Source: Alphaproteobacteria bacterium
GTDB taxonomy: Bacteria; Pseudomonadota; Alphaproteobacteria; UBA828
Direction: 5' to 3'
Length of the DNA stretch: 64,000 nucleotides
Assembly (NCBI GenBank): GCA_965214705.1
Contig: CBDCCI010000002.1
Location: 1,856,001 to 1,920,000, forward strand
This document shows, piece after piece, positions 47,879 through 58,540 of the stretch (its first letter is position 1; the number at the start of each line of letters is the position of its first letter). The translations under genes and the position numbers were made by a program. The notes under the pieces are model-generated. The model was given only the letters and a program-made list of their open reading frames with translations. It was not told where the DNA came from and ran no database searches.

Positions 47879-49033
47879 ATGACCGAGGCGCAGCCGGCGA
47901 GCACTGAGACGGGCAATCGCGAGGCAGCCCTCGCCGCTCTCTACGACGACGTCCACCGCGGCCACATGTTCCCCTTCTGGGCGACTACCACCGACGTCGC
48001 ACACGACGAGATCAGGCAGCTCATGGGGAGCCGCGGCGCCATTCCCTACCTCTGGCGCTACGAGAGCGAGATCGGGCCCCTCCTCCGCCGCTCCGCCGAG
48101 CTGGTCTCGATGGCGGATTCCGAACGCCGCTCGCTGATCCTGGTCAACCCCGGCCTCGCGCCCACGCGCGCGACCGTCTCCACCATGTACAGCGCCTACC
48201 GCCTCAACGACCCCAACGAGGTGATGCCGCCGCACCGGCACTCGCCCAACGCCATCCGCCTCGGCCTCACGGGCTCGATGAACTTCACCGGCGTCGAGGG
48301 CGAGGACATCGTCTTCGGTCCCGGCGACATGGTGCTGACGCCGCAAGACACCTGGCACAACCACGGCAACAAGGGCGATGAGCCTGCCGTGAACCTCTCC
48401 GTACTCGACCTGCCGCTGGTGGAAGTCCTCAACGCGATCTACTTCGAGCACGACTACAAGGAAGAGAAGGACGGCCGCGCGGTCGCCGCGAAGGAGCAGT
48501 CCGCCCGCTTCAGCGCCGACTATTCGGCCGAGGTTTACGGCTCCGGCGGCCTGATGCCCTGCTTCGTGCCCCACGGGCGCGGCAGCGGCACCGGCTCGCC
48601 CATGTACGTCTACCGCTGGGAGCCCATGCGCGCGATGCTGGAGGCACATCGGGACCGTGACGGCGACCCTCACGAGGCCTTGATGGTGGAATACGTCGAT
48701 CCCACTCGCGGCGGTCCGGTGTTCAGGACCATGACCTTCTACGCGCAGATGCTCAGGCCCGGTGAGAAGACCCAGCCGCTCCAGCAGACCGCGAGCCTGC
48801 TCGTCTCCCCGCTCGAAGGGAGCGGCCACAGCATCGTGGGCGAGACCCGCTTCGACTGGCGGCCGTTCGACACGCTCGCGGTTCCCGGCGGCCAGTGGTG
48901 CCGCCACGTCAACGATTCCGAGAGCGAGCCCGCCATCCTCTTCGTGGCGAGCGACAAGCCGGCGCTCCACGCGCTCGGACACTTCAAGAAATGGGGCCGG
49001 GACGCCTCGGGCGACACGGTCCGCCTCGTCTGA
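47879..49033 (+). CDS. Gentisate 1,2-dioxygenase-like bicupin
   Basis: ERRSLILVNPGL, HRHSPNA, WHNH and EYVDPTRGG motifs. Confidence 0.8.
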   Translation: MTEAQPASTETGNREAALAALYDDVHRGHMFPFWATTTDVAHDEIRQLMGSRGAIPYLWRYESEIGPLLRRSAELVSMADSERRSLILVNPGLAPTRATVSTMYSAYRLNDPNEVMPPHRHSPNAIRLGLTGSMNFTGVEGEDIVFGPGDMVLTPQDTWHNHGNKGDEPAVNLSVLDLPLVEVLNAIYFEHDYKEEKDGRAVAAKEQSARFSADYSAEVYGSGGLMPCFVPHGRGSGTGSPMYVYRWEPMRAMLEAHRDRDGDPHEALMVEYVDPTRGGPVFRTMTFYAQMLRPGEKTQPLQQTASLLVSPLEGSGHSIVGETRFDWRPFDTLAVPGGQWCRHVNDSESEPAILFVASDKPALHALGHFKKWGRDASGDTVRLV

Positions 49034-49079
49034 GGCGGGCCAGCCAGCGGCGGCATCTACCAGAGGGAGAACCACGGAC

Positions 49080-50003
49080 ATGACCACGGCAGCGGTGATC
49101 GGCCTCGGCACCATGGGGCCCGGCATGGCGGCAACGCTCGCGCGCGGCGGACTCACGGTCCGAGCCTTCGACACGGAGGCGACACAGTTGGAGAAGGCGC
49201 CGGGCACCGCCGGCATCGCCTTCGGCGTACTGGAGAAGCTGGGGATGCCCGATCGCGGCGGGGCCGAGCTGATCAGCTATCACGACACCCTCGCCGATGC
49301 CGTCGCCGGCTGCGATATCGTCCTGGAGAGCGTGCCCGAGAAGGTCGAGATCAAGCGAGCCGTCTTCGCGGACCTCGACAAGCTGGTCTCGAAGGAGTGC
49401 ATCCTCGCCTCCAACACCTCCGGCATCCCGGTGACCACGCTGCAAGAGGGCAACTCGGCGCCGGGCCGCGTCGTAGGCATGCACTGGTCGAACCCGCCCT
49501 TCATCATTCCGGTCATCGAGGTCATCGCCGGCGCCGAGACCACGCAGGCCACCTGCGACGCGATGGTGCAGGCGATCAAGGACCTCAACCTGCTGCCAGT
49601 GGTGGTCAAGAAGGACGTGCCCGGCTTCGTCGAGAACCGCATTCTCTACGCGATCATGCGCGAGGCCTGCGATCTGGTGGAGAACGGCGTGATCGAGCCG
49701 GAGGGGCTCGACACCTGCGTCTCCTGGGGAATCGGCTACAAGCTCGCCGTGGTGGGGCCGATGTCGCTGCTCGACATGGCCGGTCTCGACATCTACCAGG
49801 CGGTCGGCAGCTACCTGAATGCCGACCTCTGCAACCGCGACAACGTGAGCACCTACATCACCGAGCGGACGGAGAAAGGCGATCTCGGCATGAAGACCGG
49901 GACCGGAATTTTCTCGTACACGCCTGACGACATCAAAGCCCTGCAAGGCAAGCGGGCCGGCCAGCTCGTCGCCGTCCGCCGCGCCCTCGAAGGCCGCTCG
50001 TAG
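49080..50003 (+). CDS. 3-hydroxyacyl-CoA dehydrogenase family, resembling 5-formyl-3-hydroxy-2-methylpyridine-4-carboxylate dehydrogenase (vitamin B6 degradation)
   Basis: GLGTMGPGMAA, GMHWSNPP, KKDVPGFVENR and LDTCVSWGIGYK match my recollection of the Mesorhizobium enzyme. Confidence 0.75.
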   Translation: MTTAAVIGLGTMGPGMAATLARGGLTVRAFDTEATQLEKAPGTAGIAFGVLEKLGMPDRGGAELISYHDTLADAVAGCDIVLESVPEKVEIKRAVFADLDKLVSKECILASNTSGIPVTTLQEGNSAPGRVVGMHWSNPPFIIPVIEVIAGAETTQATCDAMVQAIKDLNLLPVVVKKDVPGFVENRILYAIMREACDLVENGVIEPEGLDTCVSWGIGYKLAVVGPMSLLDMAGLDIYQAVGSYLNADLCNRDNVSTYITERTEKGDLGMKTGTGIFSYTPDDIKALQGKRAGQLVAVRRALEGRS

Positions 50004-50049
50004 CGCTCTGCCTAGGGACCAGAGATGAGCAACCGCAACACCCCTTTCT

Positions 50050-50140
50050 CGTCATGCCCGGACTCGTTCCGGGCATCCAATCTCGGAAGGCGCACTCCGT
50101 GCGCCCTCGTGGATGGCCGGGACAAGCCCGGCCATGACGA
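50050..50140. repeat. Alphaproteobacterial REP/RPE-like palindromic element
   Basis: GTCATGCCCGGACTCGTTCCGGGCATCCA...TGGATGGCCGGGACAAGCCCGGCCATGAC. Confidence 0.8.
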
Positions 50141-50206
50141 TGAGGGGCAAACGACACTATTACTGCGTATTGCCGGGGCGGGTCACTTGCCGCGCGAGGC
50201 CAAGTG

Positions 50207-51340
50207 ATGGCCGACGCGCACCGGACTCGCCGGATCGCCCATATCGACTGCCCCGGCGGCGGCCAGGTCTGGGTCGACGGCACCACGCTCTATATCGGCC
50301 ACATGCGCTGGCCGTCAGGCACCACCATCGTCGATGTGGCCGACCCGGCGAGCCCGCGCACGCTCGCGCGCATCGAGCTGCCGGAAGGCTGGCATTCGCA
50401 CAAGGTCCGCGCGGCTGACGGAGTCATGCTGGTCAACCACGAGCGCCTCGGCGGTGGCGGGAACGATGCCAACGGCTTCGGTGGCGGGCTCGGCATCTAC
50501 GATGTCTCCAACCCCGCCAAGCCGAGCCTCATCACCAAGTGGCGCACCGCCGGTAAGGGCGTGCACCGCTTCACCTTCGATGGCCGCTATGCCTATATCT
50601 CGCCCACGGTCGAGGGCTACGTCGGCAACATCGTGATGATCCTCGATCTGGCGGACCCGGCGCAGCCAGAAGAAGTCGGCCGCTGGTGGATCCCAGGCCA
50701 GTGGCAGGCGGGCGGCGAGGAGTACCCCTGGAACGACTGGGTGGCGCCCCGCTGCCATCATCCGCTCCGCCTCGGCGACCGGCTCTACGTCAGCTACTGG
50801 CACCACGGCCTCTTCATTCTCGACATCGAGGACATGTCCCGGCCGAAGCACGTGGCGGGTATCAACACCAGCCCGGCCTTCCCGCACCCCACCCACACCT
50901 GCCTGCCGTTCCCCTACAAGCTCAAGGGCCGGCACATCATGGTGGTGGCGGACGAGGACGTGGCGAAGCTCTGGCCCTCGCCGCCGGCCTTCGCCTGGGT
51001 CTACGACATCACCGAGGAGCGCTGCCCCATCCCCATCAGCACCATCGACGTGGAGGGCGTCGATCAAGACGGCAGCCCCCAGCCCGACATGACCGGCTGC
51101 CACCAGCCGTCGGACAGGTTCACCGGCAACGTCGTGCCCTTTGCCTGGTTCGCCCAGGGCCTGCGCCTGGTGGACGTGTCGGACCCGTTCGCGCCGCACG
51201 AGGTCGCGCGCTACGTCCCCGACCCGCCGGAAGGCTGCGAGCGCGCCTCCTCCAACGATGTCACCGTGGACGACCGCGGCCTTATCTACCTGATCGACCG
51301 CCAGCGCGGCGTCGACATCATCGAGACCGACGCTCTCTAA
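50207..51340 (+). CDS. LVIVD-repeat protein
   Basis: Repeated I(V/Y/L)D(V/L)xDPxxP units with conserved His residues. Confidence 0.8.
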   Translation: MADAHRTRRIAHIDCPGGGQVWVDGTTLYIGHMRWPSGTTIVDVADPASPRTLARIELPEGWHSHKVRAADGVMLVNHERLGGGGNDANGFGGGLGIYDVSNPAKPSLITKWRTAGKGVHRFTFDGRYAYISPTVEGYVGNIVMILDLADPAQPEEVGRWWIPGQWQAGGEEYPWNDWVAPRCHHPLRLGDRLYVSYWHHGLFILDIEDMSRPKHVAGINTSPAFPHPTHTCLPFPYKLKGRHIMVVADEDVAKLWPSPPAFAWVYDITEERCPIPISTIDVEGVDQDGSPQPDMTGCHQPSDRFTGNVVPFAWFAQGLRLVDVSDPFAPHEVARYVPDPPEGCERASSNDVTVDDRGLIYLIDRQRGVDIIETDAL

Positions 51341-51441
51341 ACCGCCCCGCCGTGGCGTCCCGCCGGATTTCGGGCTAGGGTCCGCCCGCCTGGCGGCGAG
51401 AGCCGCCGGCAGGGAGAGCTATCTGACACGGCGGGAGAGCC

Positions 51442-53505
51442 ATGCGATTTGCGGTCGATACCGGGGGAACCTTCACCGACCTTGTCGTCGAATCCGACGA
51501 CGGGGGCCTGCGCATGTACAAGGCGCCGACCACGCCGTCGGACCCGGTCGCCGGCGTGCTGGAGACGCTCTCCCACGCCGCCGAGGATCTGGGCGAGAGC
51601 CGCGAGGCCCTGCTCGGCCGCGGCGAGATGCTGATCCACGGCACCACGCACGCGATCAACGCCATCGTCACCGGCAACACCGCGCGCACGGCCTTTCTCA
51701 CCACCGAGGGCCACCCGGACGTTTTGGTGTTCCGCGAGGGCGGGCGCATCGAGCCCTTCAACTTCACCGTGCCCTACCCCGAGCCCTACGTGCCGCGCTC
51801 GCTCACTTACGAGGTGCCCGAGCGCGTGGCCTACGACGGCACCGTCACCGAGCCGCTGGACGAGGCGGGCGTCGTCGCGATCATCGAAGAGCTCAAGGGC
51901 CAGGATATCGAGGCGGTCGGCGTCTGCCTGCTCTGGTCCATCGTGAACCCGGCGCACGAGCTTCGCGTCGGCGAGCTATTGGAGCGCCACCTGCCGGGCG
52001 TGCCCTACACCCTCTCGCACGTGCTCAACCCCTCGCTCCGCGAATACCGCCGCGCGTCGTCGACCTGCATCGACGGCTCGCTCAAGCCGCTCATGGGCAG
52101 CTACCTCGGCGGCCTGGAAACGCGCCTGCGGGACGCGGGTTTCGGCGGCCGGGTCCTGGTGGTCACCACCCAGGGCGGCGCCATGGATGCCGCCGACATG
52201 GCGAGCGCGCCGATCCATTCGATCAACTCCGGCCCCGCCATGGCGCCCATCGCGGGCCGCGCCTATGCCCAGGCCGATTCCGGTGTCGATACCGCCATCG
52301 TCGCCGACACCGGCGGCACCACCTTCGACGTGAGCCTGGTGCGTGGCGGGCGCATTCCGTGGACGCGCGAGACCTGGATCGGCCAGCCCTACCGCGGCCA
52401 CATGACCGGCTTCCCGGCGGTGGACGTGAAGAGCATCGGCGCCGGCGGCGGCAGCATCGCCTGGGTCGACGAAGGCGGCCTGCTCCACGTCGGGCCGAAG
52501 AGCGCCGGCGCCGTCCCCGGTCCGGTCTGCTACGGCGCCGGCGGCACCGAGCCCACCGTGACCGACGCCTCGGTGGTCCTCGGCTGGATCGACCCCGCCT
52601 ACTTCCTCGGGGGCACCATGGCGCTGGAGACCGAGGCGGCGGCCGCCGCCATCGAGACCCACGTCGCGAGCAAGCTCGGCCTCTCGCTCCACGAGGCGGC
52701 AGCCGCGATCATGAGCGTCGCCACCGAGAACATGGTGCATGCCATCGAGGACATCACGGTCAACCAGGGCATCGACCCGCGCGAGGCCGCCATCGTCGGC
52801 GGCGGCGGTGCGGCCGGCCTCAACGCCGTCGCCATCGCGCGCCGGCTCGGCTGCGCGCAGGTGATCCTGCCCGAGGTCGCGGCCGCGCTGAGCGCCCACG
52901 GCGCGCTCATCTCCGACCTCAGGGCCGAGTACAGCGGCACGCTCTACACCTCCACCGGCGATTTCGACTTCAACGGCGTCAACGCGCTGCTGGAGGGGCT
53001 GGAGCAGAAGTGCCGGGCCTTCATCGAGGGGCCGGGCGCGGGCTCGCTGGAACAGGTCGTGGAGTTCACCGCCGAGGCGCGCTACCCCAGCCAGATCTGG
53101 GAGATCGAGGTGCCGCTGCGCGCGGACCGGATCGAGGACGAGCCCGCGCTCGCGGCCTTCATCGAGGACTTCCACAAGACCCACGAGGCGCTCTTCACCT
53201 TCGCCGACACCGAATCGACCATCGAGACCGTCGGCTGGCGCGCCAACGTGCGCTGCCACCTCAGGGACGGCGTCAACCTGAGCGTGGAGAGCGCCGGCGG
53301 CGGGCCGGAGATCGCGCACAGCCGCTCGGTCTATTTCCCGGACACCGGCTTCGTCGAGGCGCGCGTCGTGCACTTCGACGGCATGGGACCGGGCGAGACC
53401 GTGGAGGGGCCCGCGATCATCGAATCGTCCTTCACCACCGTTGTGATCGACCCCGGGGCCAAGGCCGAGCGCCGGCCCTCGGGCAGTCTCCTGATAACGC
53501 CCTGA
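51442..53505 (+). CDS. Hydantoinase A/oxoprolinase family protein
   Basis: DTGGTFTD, SGPA, DTGGTTFDV, IGAGGGS and GPKSAGAVPGP motifs. Confidence 0.92.
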   Translation: MRFAVDTGGTFTDLVVESDDGGLRMYKAPTTPSDPVAGVLETLSHAAEDLGESREALLGRGEMLIHGTTHAINAIVTGNTARTAFLTTEGHPDVLVFREGGRIEPFNFTVPYPEPYVPRSLTYEVPERVAYDGTVTEPLDEAGVVAIIEELKGQDIEAVGVCLLWSIVNPAHELRVGELLERHLPGVPYTLSHVLNPSLREYRRASSTCIDGSLKPLMGSYLGGLETRLRDAGFGGRVLVVTTQGGAMDAADMASAPIHSINSGPAMAPIAGRAYAQADSGVDTAIVADTGGTTFDVSLVRGGRIPWTRETWIGQPYRGHMTGFPAVDVKSIGAGGGSIAWVDEGGLLHVGPKSAGAVPGPVCYGAGGTEPTVTDASVVLGWIDPAYFLGGTMALETEAAAAAIETHVASKLGLSLHEAAAAIMSVATENMVHAIEDITVNQGIDPREAAIVGGGGAAGLNAVAIARRLGCAQVILPEVAAALSAHGALISDLRAEYSGTLYTSTGDFDFNGVNALLEGLEQKCRAFIEGPGAGSLEQVVEFTAEARYPSQIWEIEVPLRADRIEDEPALAAFIEDFHKTHEALFTFADTESTIETVGWRANVRCHLRDGVNLSVESAGGGPEIAHSRSVYFPDTGFVEARVVHFDGMGPGETVEGPAIIESSFTTVVIDPGAKAERRPSGSLLITP

Positions 53506-53521
53506 CCCAAGGAGCCGGGCG

Positions 53522-55300
53522 ATGGCAAGGAACACACTGACACTCAACGCGGACGGCACGCTCGACGGCGTGCAGATGGCGATCATCAACAAGCGGATGG
53601 AGGCCATCTGCGCCAAGATGGCCAACACGCTGCTGCGCACCGGGCGCTCCGGCGTGCTCAACAGCGCGCGCGATTTCTCTTGCTGCATCGTCACCGCCGA
53701 GAACCGGCTGCTCACGGTCAACGAGAGCCTGCCGATTCACGTGCTGCGCGGCGCCGACATGATGTGCGAGTCGATGCAGGAGTTTCACCCCGTCCTCAAG
53801 CGGGGCGACGCCTTCCTCCACAACTCGCCTTACCACGGCTGCTCGCATCCGGCCGACCACACCATCCTCGCGCCAGTGGTGGACGACGACGGCGTGCACC
53901 GCTTCACCATGGTCGCCAAGGCGCACCAGGCGGACTGCGGCAACTCCATCGCCACCACCTATCACGGCAGCGCGCGCGACGTGTACGAGGAAGGCGCGCT
54001 GATCTTCCCAGCGGTCCAGATCCAGCGCGACTACGAGGACATCGAGGACATCGTGCGCATGTGCCGGCTGCGCATCCGCGTGCCGGAGCAATGGTGGGGC
54101 GACTATCTCGCGGAGCTCGGCGCGGCACGGATCGGCGAGCGCGAGATCATGGCCTTCGGCAGCGAGATCGGCTGGGACACCCTGGCCCAGTTCGCCGACC
54201 AGTGGTTCGACTACAGCGAGCAGCTGATGATCGCGGCCGTCCGCAAGATGCCGGGCGGCCGGGCCGTGACCACCTCGATGCACGACCCCTTCCCCAACGC
54301 CGAAGGCGGAATCCCGGTCAAGATCGTGGTCGACGTCGACCCCGACGAGGCGACGGTCGACATCGACCTCCGCGACAACCCGGACGCGATGCCCTGCGGC
54401 CTCAACCTCTCGCAGGCCTGCTGCGAGAGCACGCTGCTGCTCGGCGTCTTCAACAGCATCCCCGATTCTGTGCCGACCAACACCGGCTCCTTCCGCCGCG
54501 TGCGCATGCACCTCAAGGAGAACACCGTCTGCGGCATTCCGAAGCACCCGACCAGCTGCTCGGTGGCGACCACCAACCTCGCCGACCGCGTCGGCAACGC
54601 CGTGAGCCGGGCGATCGCGGACCTGGGCGACGGCTACGGCATGGCCAGCACCGGCTCGATCATCCCCCCCTCCCTCGGCGTCATCTCCGGCACGAGCGAG
54701 AAGACCAAGGGCGCCTACGTCAACCAGATCTTCCTGGGCTGGGGCGGCGGCGCGGCCAGCGCCCAGGCCGACGCCTGGATCTCGATCGGCCACCTCGGCA
54801 ACGCCGGCATGTCCTACCAGGATTCCATCGAGCTCGACGAGATGCGCTTCCCGCTCACCGTGCGTGGCCGACACTTCCTCACCGATTCCGGTGGCCATGG
54901 CCGCACGCGGGGCGGCGCCGGGGTCTACTGCGAGTTCGGGCCGACCGAGGGCGACCTCGAGGTCGGCTACGTCAGCGACGGCAACATCACCGCGCCCGAG
55001 GGTGCGCGCGGCGGCACCGCCGGCGGCCGCGCCAACCAGTTCCGGCGCGATGCCAACGGCGATCTGCACCAGCTCGACCCCTGCGCCCAGGCCATCATCC
55101 CCGAGGGCCACACCATCGTCTCCTACTCCTGCGGCGGTGGCGGCTACGGCGCGCCGACCGAGCGCCCGGCAGAGCAGGTGGCGGTCGACGTGCGCGAGCG
55201 CTGGGTCTCACCCGACGCCGCTCGCGAGACCTACCGCGTGGCCCTCGACGACGCCGGCGGGCTGGACTCGGCCGCGACGGAGCAGCTGCGCAACGGCTAG
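53522..55300 (+). CDS. Hydantoinase B/oxoprolinase family protein
   Basis: RDFSC, HPAD, HQAD, DSGGHGRTRGG and GGGGYG motifs. Confidence 0.92.
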   Translation: MARNTLTLNADGTLDGVQMAIINKRMEAICAKMANTLLRTGRSGVLNSARDFSCCIVTAENRLLTVNESLPIHVLRGADMMCESMQEFHPVLKRGDAFLHNSPYHGCSHPADHTILAPVVDDDGVHRFTMVAKAHQADCGNSIATTYHGSARDVYEEGALIFPAVQIQRDYEDIEDIVRMCRLRIRVPEQWWGDYLAELGAARIGEREIMAFGSEIGWDTLAQFADQWFDYSEQLMIAAVRKMPGGRAVTTSMHDPFPNAEGGIPVKIVVDVDPDEATVDIDLRDNPDAMPCGLNLSQACCESTLLLGVFNSIPDSVPTNTGSFRRVRMHLKENTVCGIPKHPTSCSVATTNLADRVGNAVSRAIADLGDGYGMASTGSIIPPSLGVISGTSEKTKGAYVNQIFLGWGGGAASAQADAWISIGHLGNAGMSYQDSIELDEMRFPLTVRGRHFLTDSGGHGRTRGGAGVYCEFGPTEGDLEVGYVSDGNITAPEGARGGTAGGRANQFRRDANGDLHQLDPCAQAIIPEGHTIVSYSCGGGGYGAPTERPAEQVAVDVRERWVSPDAARETYRVALDDAGGLDSAATEQLRNG

Positions 55301-55344
55301 CCTGGATTTCTGGGCTCCGTCAGAGCGTTTGGGGAGTCGGGCAG

Positions 55345-56445
55345 TCAGGCCTCATACAGGTTTCTGGCGACGACATCTTCGTTCCAGTCCAGGCCCACCC
55401 CAGGCACATCCGGGATGTGCAAATGGCTATCCTTGATCTCATAGGGCGTTTGCAGGATCGGATCGGCCCAGTCCTGCCACTCCAGCCAATGGGCGGTTTC
55501 GGTCGCCCGCATCACGTGGGCGCCGACTTCGGGATAGAGGTGCGTTGACATCGGAACGCCGGCCGCGCCGGCAATGGCTGCCGCGCGCATCCATCCGGTG
55601 ACCCCGCCGATACGCATGAAGTCCGGCATCACGTAGTCGCAGGCCCCGGACCGCAACGCCTTGTGCAGATCGCGCGGCCCGTAGAAATTCTCGCCGATCT
55701 GCAGGGGCGTCTTGAGCTCCCGTGCGAGCTGCGCGTATCCGTCGAAATTGTCGTAGACGACCGGCTCTTCCAGCCACGTCAATCCGAGATCGTCGAGCAT
55801 ATGGCACCGGCGTAGTGCCTCCGCCATGTCCAGACCCTGGTTGAAATCGATCATCAAGTGCATGTCTTCGCCGACCGTCCGGCGAACCGCATCGATCGTG
55901 GCGAGGTCGTCCTTGGGATCGTCCCGGCCGAGACGCAGTTTCACGCCTTCGAACTGTCCTTCGTCGCGGATCTCGACGGCCTCGGCGGCGACTTCGGACG
56001 GAGACTGGAGCCAGAGCCCATTGCTGTTGTAGGCGCGCACCGGACCCGGCGAGGCGCCGAGCAATGTGCAGAGCGGCATGCCGGCGGCTCTGGCCAGGGT
56101 GTCCCAGGCTGCCATGTCGATGCCGGAAACGGCGATCATTGACATGCCCTCGTAACCCACAAAGTGCAGCGACTTTTGTGCGGTTTCGTAGATTTCGGAC
56201 GGCGCCAGCCTTTGGCCTTTGAGCATCGCCCCCATGTCGCGCAAGGCCGGCACGAGATAGTTCATCGACTTGACGATGTAGGGCTCCAGATAGCTGCGCC
56301 CGACGACCCCTTCCTCGGTCTTCAGATCGATCAGGATGAGCGGCCAGTCCGTAATGGTCGCGATCTTGGCGACAACAGGCCGCCTCAGCTTGAGAACAAC
56401 AGCGCGCACGTCGACGCTGTGGAAGGTCAGTGTTTCGGGCGTCAT
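55345..56445 (-). CDS. Mandelate racemase/enolase superfamily protein
   Basis: DFNQ, WLEEP, GEN and MPDFMRIGGVTGW motifs. Confidence 0.88.
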   Translation of the reverse strand: MTPETLTFHSVDVRAVVLKLRRPVVAKIATITDWPLILIDLKTEEGVVGRSYLEPYIVKSMNYLVPALRDMGAMLKGQRLAPSEIYETAQKSLHFVGYEGMSMIAVSGIDMAAWDTLARAAGMPLCTLLGASPGPVRAYNSNGLWLQSPSEVAAEAVEIRDEGQFEGVKLRLGRDDPKDDLATIDAVRRTVGEDMHLMIDFNQGLDMAEALRRCHMLDDLGLTWLEEPVVYDNFDGYAQLARELKTPLQIGENFYGPRDLHKALRSGACDYVMPDFMRIGGVTGWMRAAAIAGAAGVPMSTHLYPEVGAHVMRATETAHWLEWQDWADPILQTPYEIKDSHLHIPDVPGVGLDWNEDVVARNLYEA

Positions 56446-56623
56446 CGATCGGGGCTCCATCGGCGTTGGGGGGCTCTCAGCGCATGAACGCGCAATTGGT
56501 TTGCGGCATTGCCGGCCGGCGCCTCAGCCAGACCAGAGTATCCCAGTTCCACGACATGTTGGGCGCCTTCCCGGTGACGCATCCGCTCGCTAAGTTGAGA
56601 GCGGCAACTTGGGAGGAGTGCTC

Positions 56624-58393
56624 ATGGCCCGGAAAACGCTTCGCAGCCGAAGCTGGTTCGACGATCCACTCGATCCCGGCATGACCGCACTCTATATCGA
56701 GCGGTACATGAACTTCGGCCTGACCCGCGAAGAGCTGCAGTCCGGCAAGCCCATCGTCGGGATCGCGCAGACAGGGTCAGACCTCTCGCCCTGCAACCGC
56801 ATCCACCAGAGCCTGGCAGACCGAATGCGGGCCGGCATCCGCGAGGCGGGCGGCATCCCGCTCGAATTTCCGGTTCACCCGATCCAGGAAAGCGGCCGAC
56901 GGCCAACGGCCGCTATCGACCGCAATCTCGCCTACCTGGGCCTGGTGGAGATCCTGCACGGCTATCCGATCGACGGCGTCATCCTGACGACGGGCTGCGA
57001 CAAGACCACGCCGGCGATGATCATGGCGGCAGCGACGGCGAACCTCCCCGCGATCTCGCTCAATGGCGGCCCGATGCTGAACGGCTGGTGGGAGGGCCGC
57101 CGAGCCGGTTCGGGCACCATCCTCTGGGAAGCCCGCCGGCTGCTCGCCGCCGGGAACATCACCGACGAGGAGTTCATCGAGATGGTGGCCTCGTCGGCGC
57201 CGAGTCCGGGCCACTGCAACACCATGGGAACAGCGTCCACCATGAACTCGCTCGCCGAAGCACTCGGCATGTCGCTGCCGGGTTCGGCCACGCCGCCCGC
57301 ACCGAACAAGGAGCGCGCCCAGTTCGCCTATGCGACCGGCCGAAGAATCGTCTCGATGATCCACGAGGATCTCACGCCGGCGAAAGTCCTGACCCGCGCC
57401 GCCTTCGAGAACGCCATTGCGGTCAACAGCGCGATCGGCGGTTCCACCAACGCGCCCATCCATATCAATGCGATCGCACGTCACATCGGCGTCGAACTCA
57501 CGCTCGAGGACTGGCAGGCGGTGGGCTACGACGTGCCGCTTCTGGTCAACTGCCAGCCCGCCGGCGACTACCTGGCGGAGGACTATCACCGCGCCGGCGG
57601 CGTGCCTGCCGTGATGGGAGAACTCCTGCGCGCGGGAAAGCTAAACGGCGATGCTTCCACGGTGAACGGCAGGACGGTGGCGGAGAACGTCGCCCGAGCC
57701 GCGCCGTTCGACGAGGATATCATCCGCCCGTTCGACAGGCCGCTGAAGGAACGGGCCGGGTTCGTGGTCATGGGCGGCAACCTTTTCAGCGCTGCGATCA
57801 TGAAGACGAGCGGGATCTCCGACAGCTTTCGCGCCCGTTTTCTCGAGTCCGCCGACGACCCCGACGCGTTCGAGGGGAGAGCCATCGTCTTCGACGGTCC
57901 GGAGGACTATCGAGCCAGAATCGACGACCCGACGCTCGAGATCGACGAGACCAGCATCTTGATAATGCGCGGCACCGGGCCCGTGGGATATCCCGGATCG
58001 GCGGAAGTCGTGAACATGCAGCCGCCGGCGGAACTCATCCGGGCGGGTATCCACGAGCTGCCGACCATCGGCGACGGGCGGCAGTCCGGCACCTCCGGCA
58101 GTCCCTCGATCCTGAACGCCAGCCCCGAAAGCGCCGTCGGCGGCAGCCTCGCAATCCTGGAGACTGGCGATCGGCTCAGGGTCGACCTCCGCCGCCGGCG
58201 GGTCGACATTCTGCAGCCCGAGGAAATCCTGGTGGCCCGCCGCGCCGCCCACACGCCCGCCGAACTCGAACACCACACGCCATGGGAGGAGCTCTATCGC
58301 GCGCACGTCGGGCAGTTGGCCGATGGCGGCTGCCTGGAATTCGCGACCCGCTATCGTTCCGTGTCGGCGAAGCTGCCCCGGCACTCCCATTAG
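56624..58393 (+). CDS. IlvD/Edd family sugar-acid dehydratase
   Basis: SPCN, GCDKTTP, GHCNTMGTAS and GDGRQSGTS motifs. Confidence 0.9.
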   Translation: MARKTLRSRSWFDDPLDPGMTALYIERYMNFGLTREELQSGKPIVGIAQTGSDLSPCNRIHQSLADRMRAGIREAGGIPLEFPVHPIQESGRRPTAAIDRNLAYLGLVEILHGYPIDGVILTTGCDKTTPAMIMAAATANLPAISLNGGPMLNGWWEGRRAGSGTILWEARRLLAAGNITDEEFIEMVASSAPSPGHCNTMGTASTMNSLAEALGMSLPGSATPPAPNKERAQFAYATGRRIVSMIHEDLTPAKVLTRAAFENAIAVNSAIGGSTNAPIHINAIARHIGVELTLEDWQAVGYDVPLLVNCQPAGDYLAEDYHRAGGVPAVMGELLRAGKLNGDASTVNGRTVAENVARAAPFDEDIIRPFDRPLKERAGFVVMGGNLFSAAIMKTSGISDSFRARFLESADDPDAFEGRAIVFDGPEDYRARIDDPTLEIDETSILIMRGTGPVGYPGSAEVVNMQPPAELIRAGIHELPTIGDGRQSGTSGSPSILNASPESAVGGSLAILETGDRLRVDLRRRRVDILQPEEILVARRAAHTPAELEHHTPWEELYRAHVGQLADGGCLEFATRYRSVSAKLPRHSH

Positions 58394-58540
58394 ATAGGGC
58401 CGATCCCGCCAGCCGCTAGGCCGGCGCGGCACGCATGCGGCGACCGGTTCCGGCGCCGCGGCCGGTCAGTGCCCCATGGGGGCGATGGTATACTTTCGAA
58501 TCCGGGGTGACGATGCCGGGCTTGCAGCAAAGGGTTGAGG

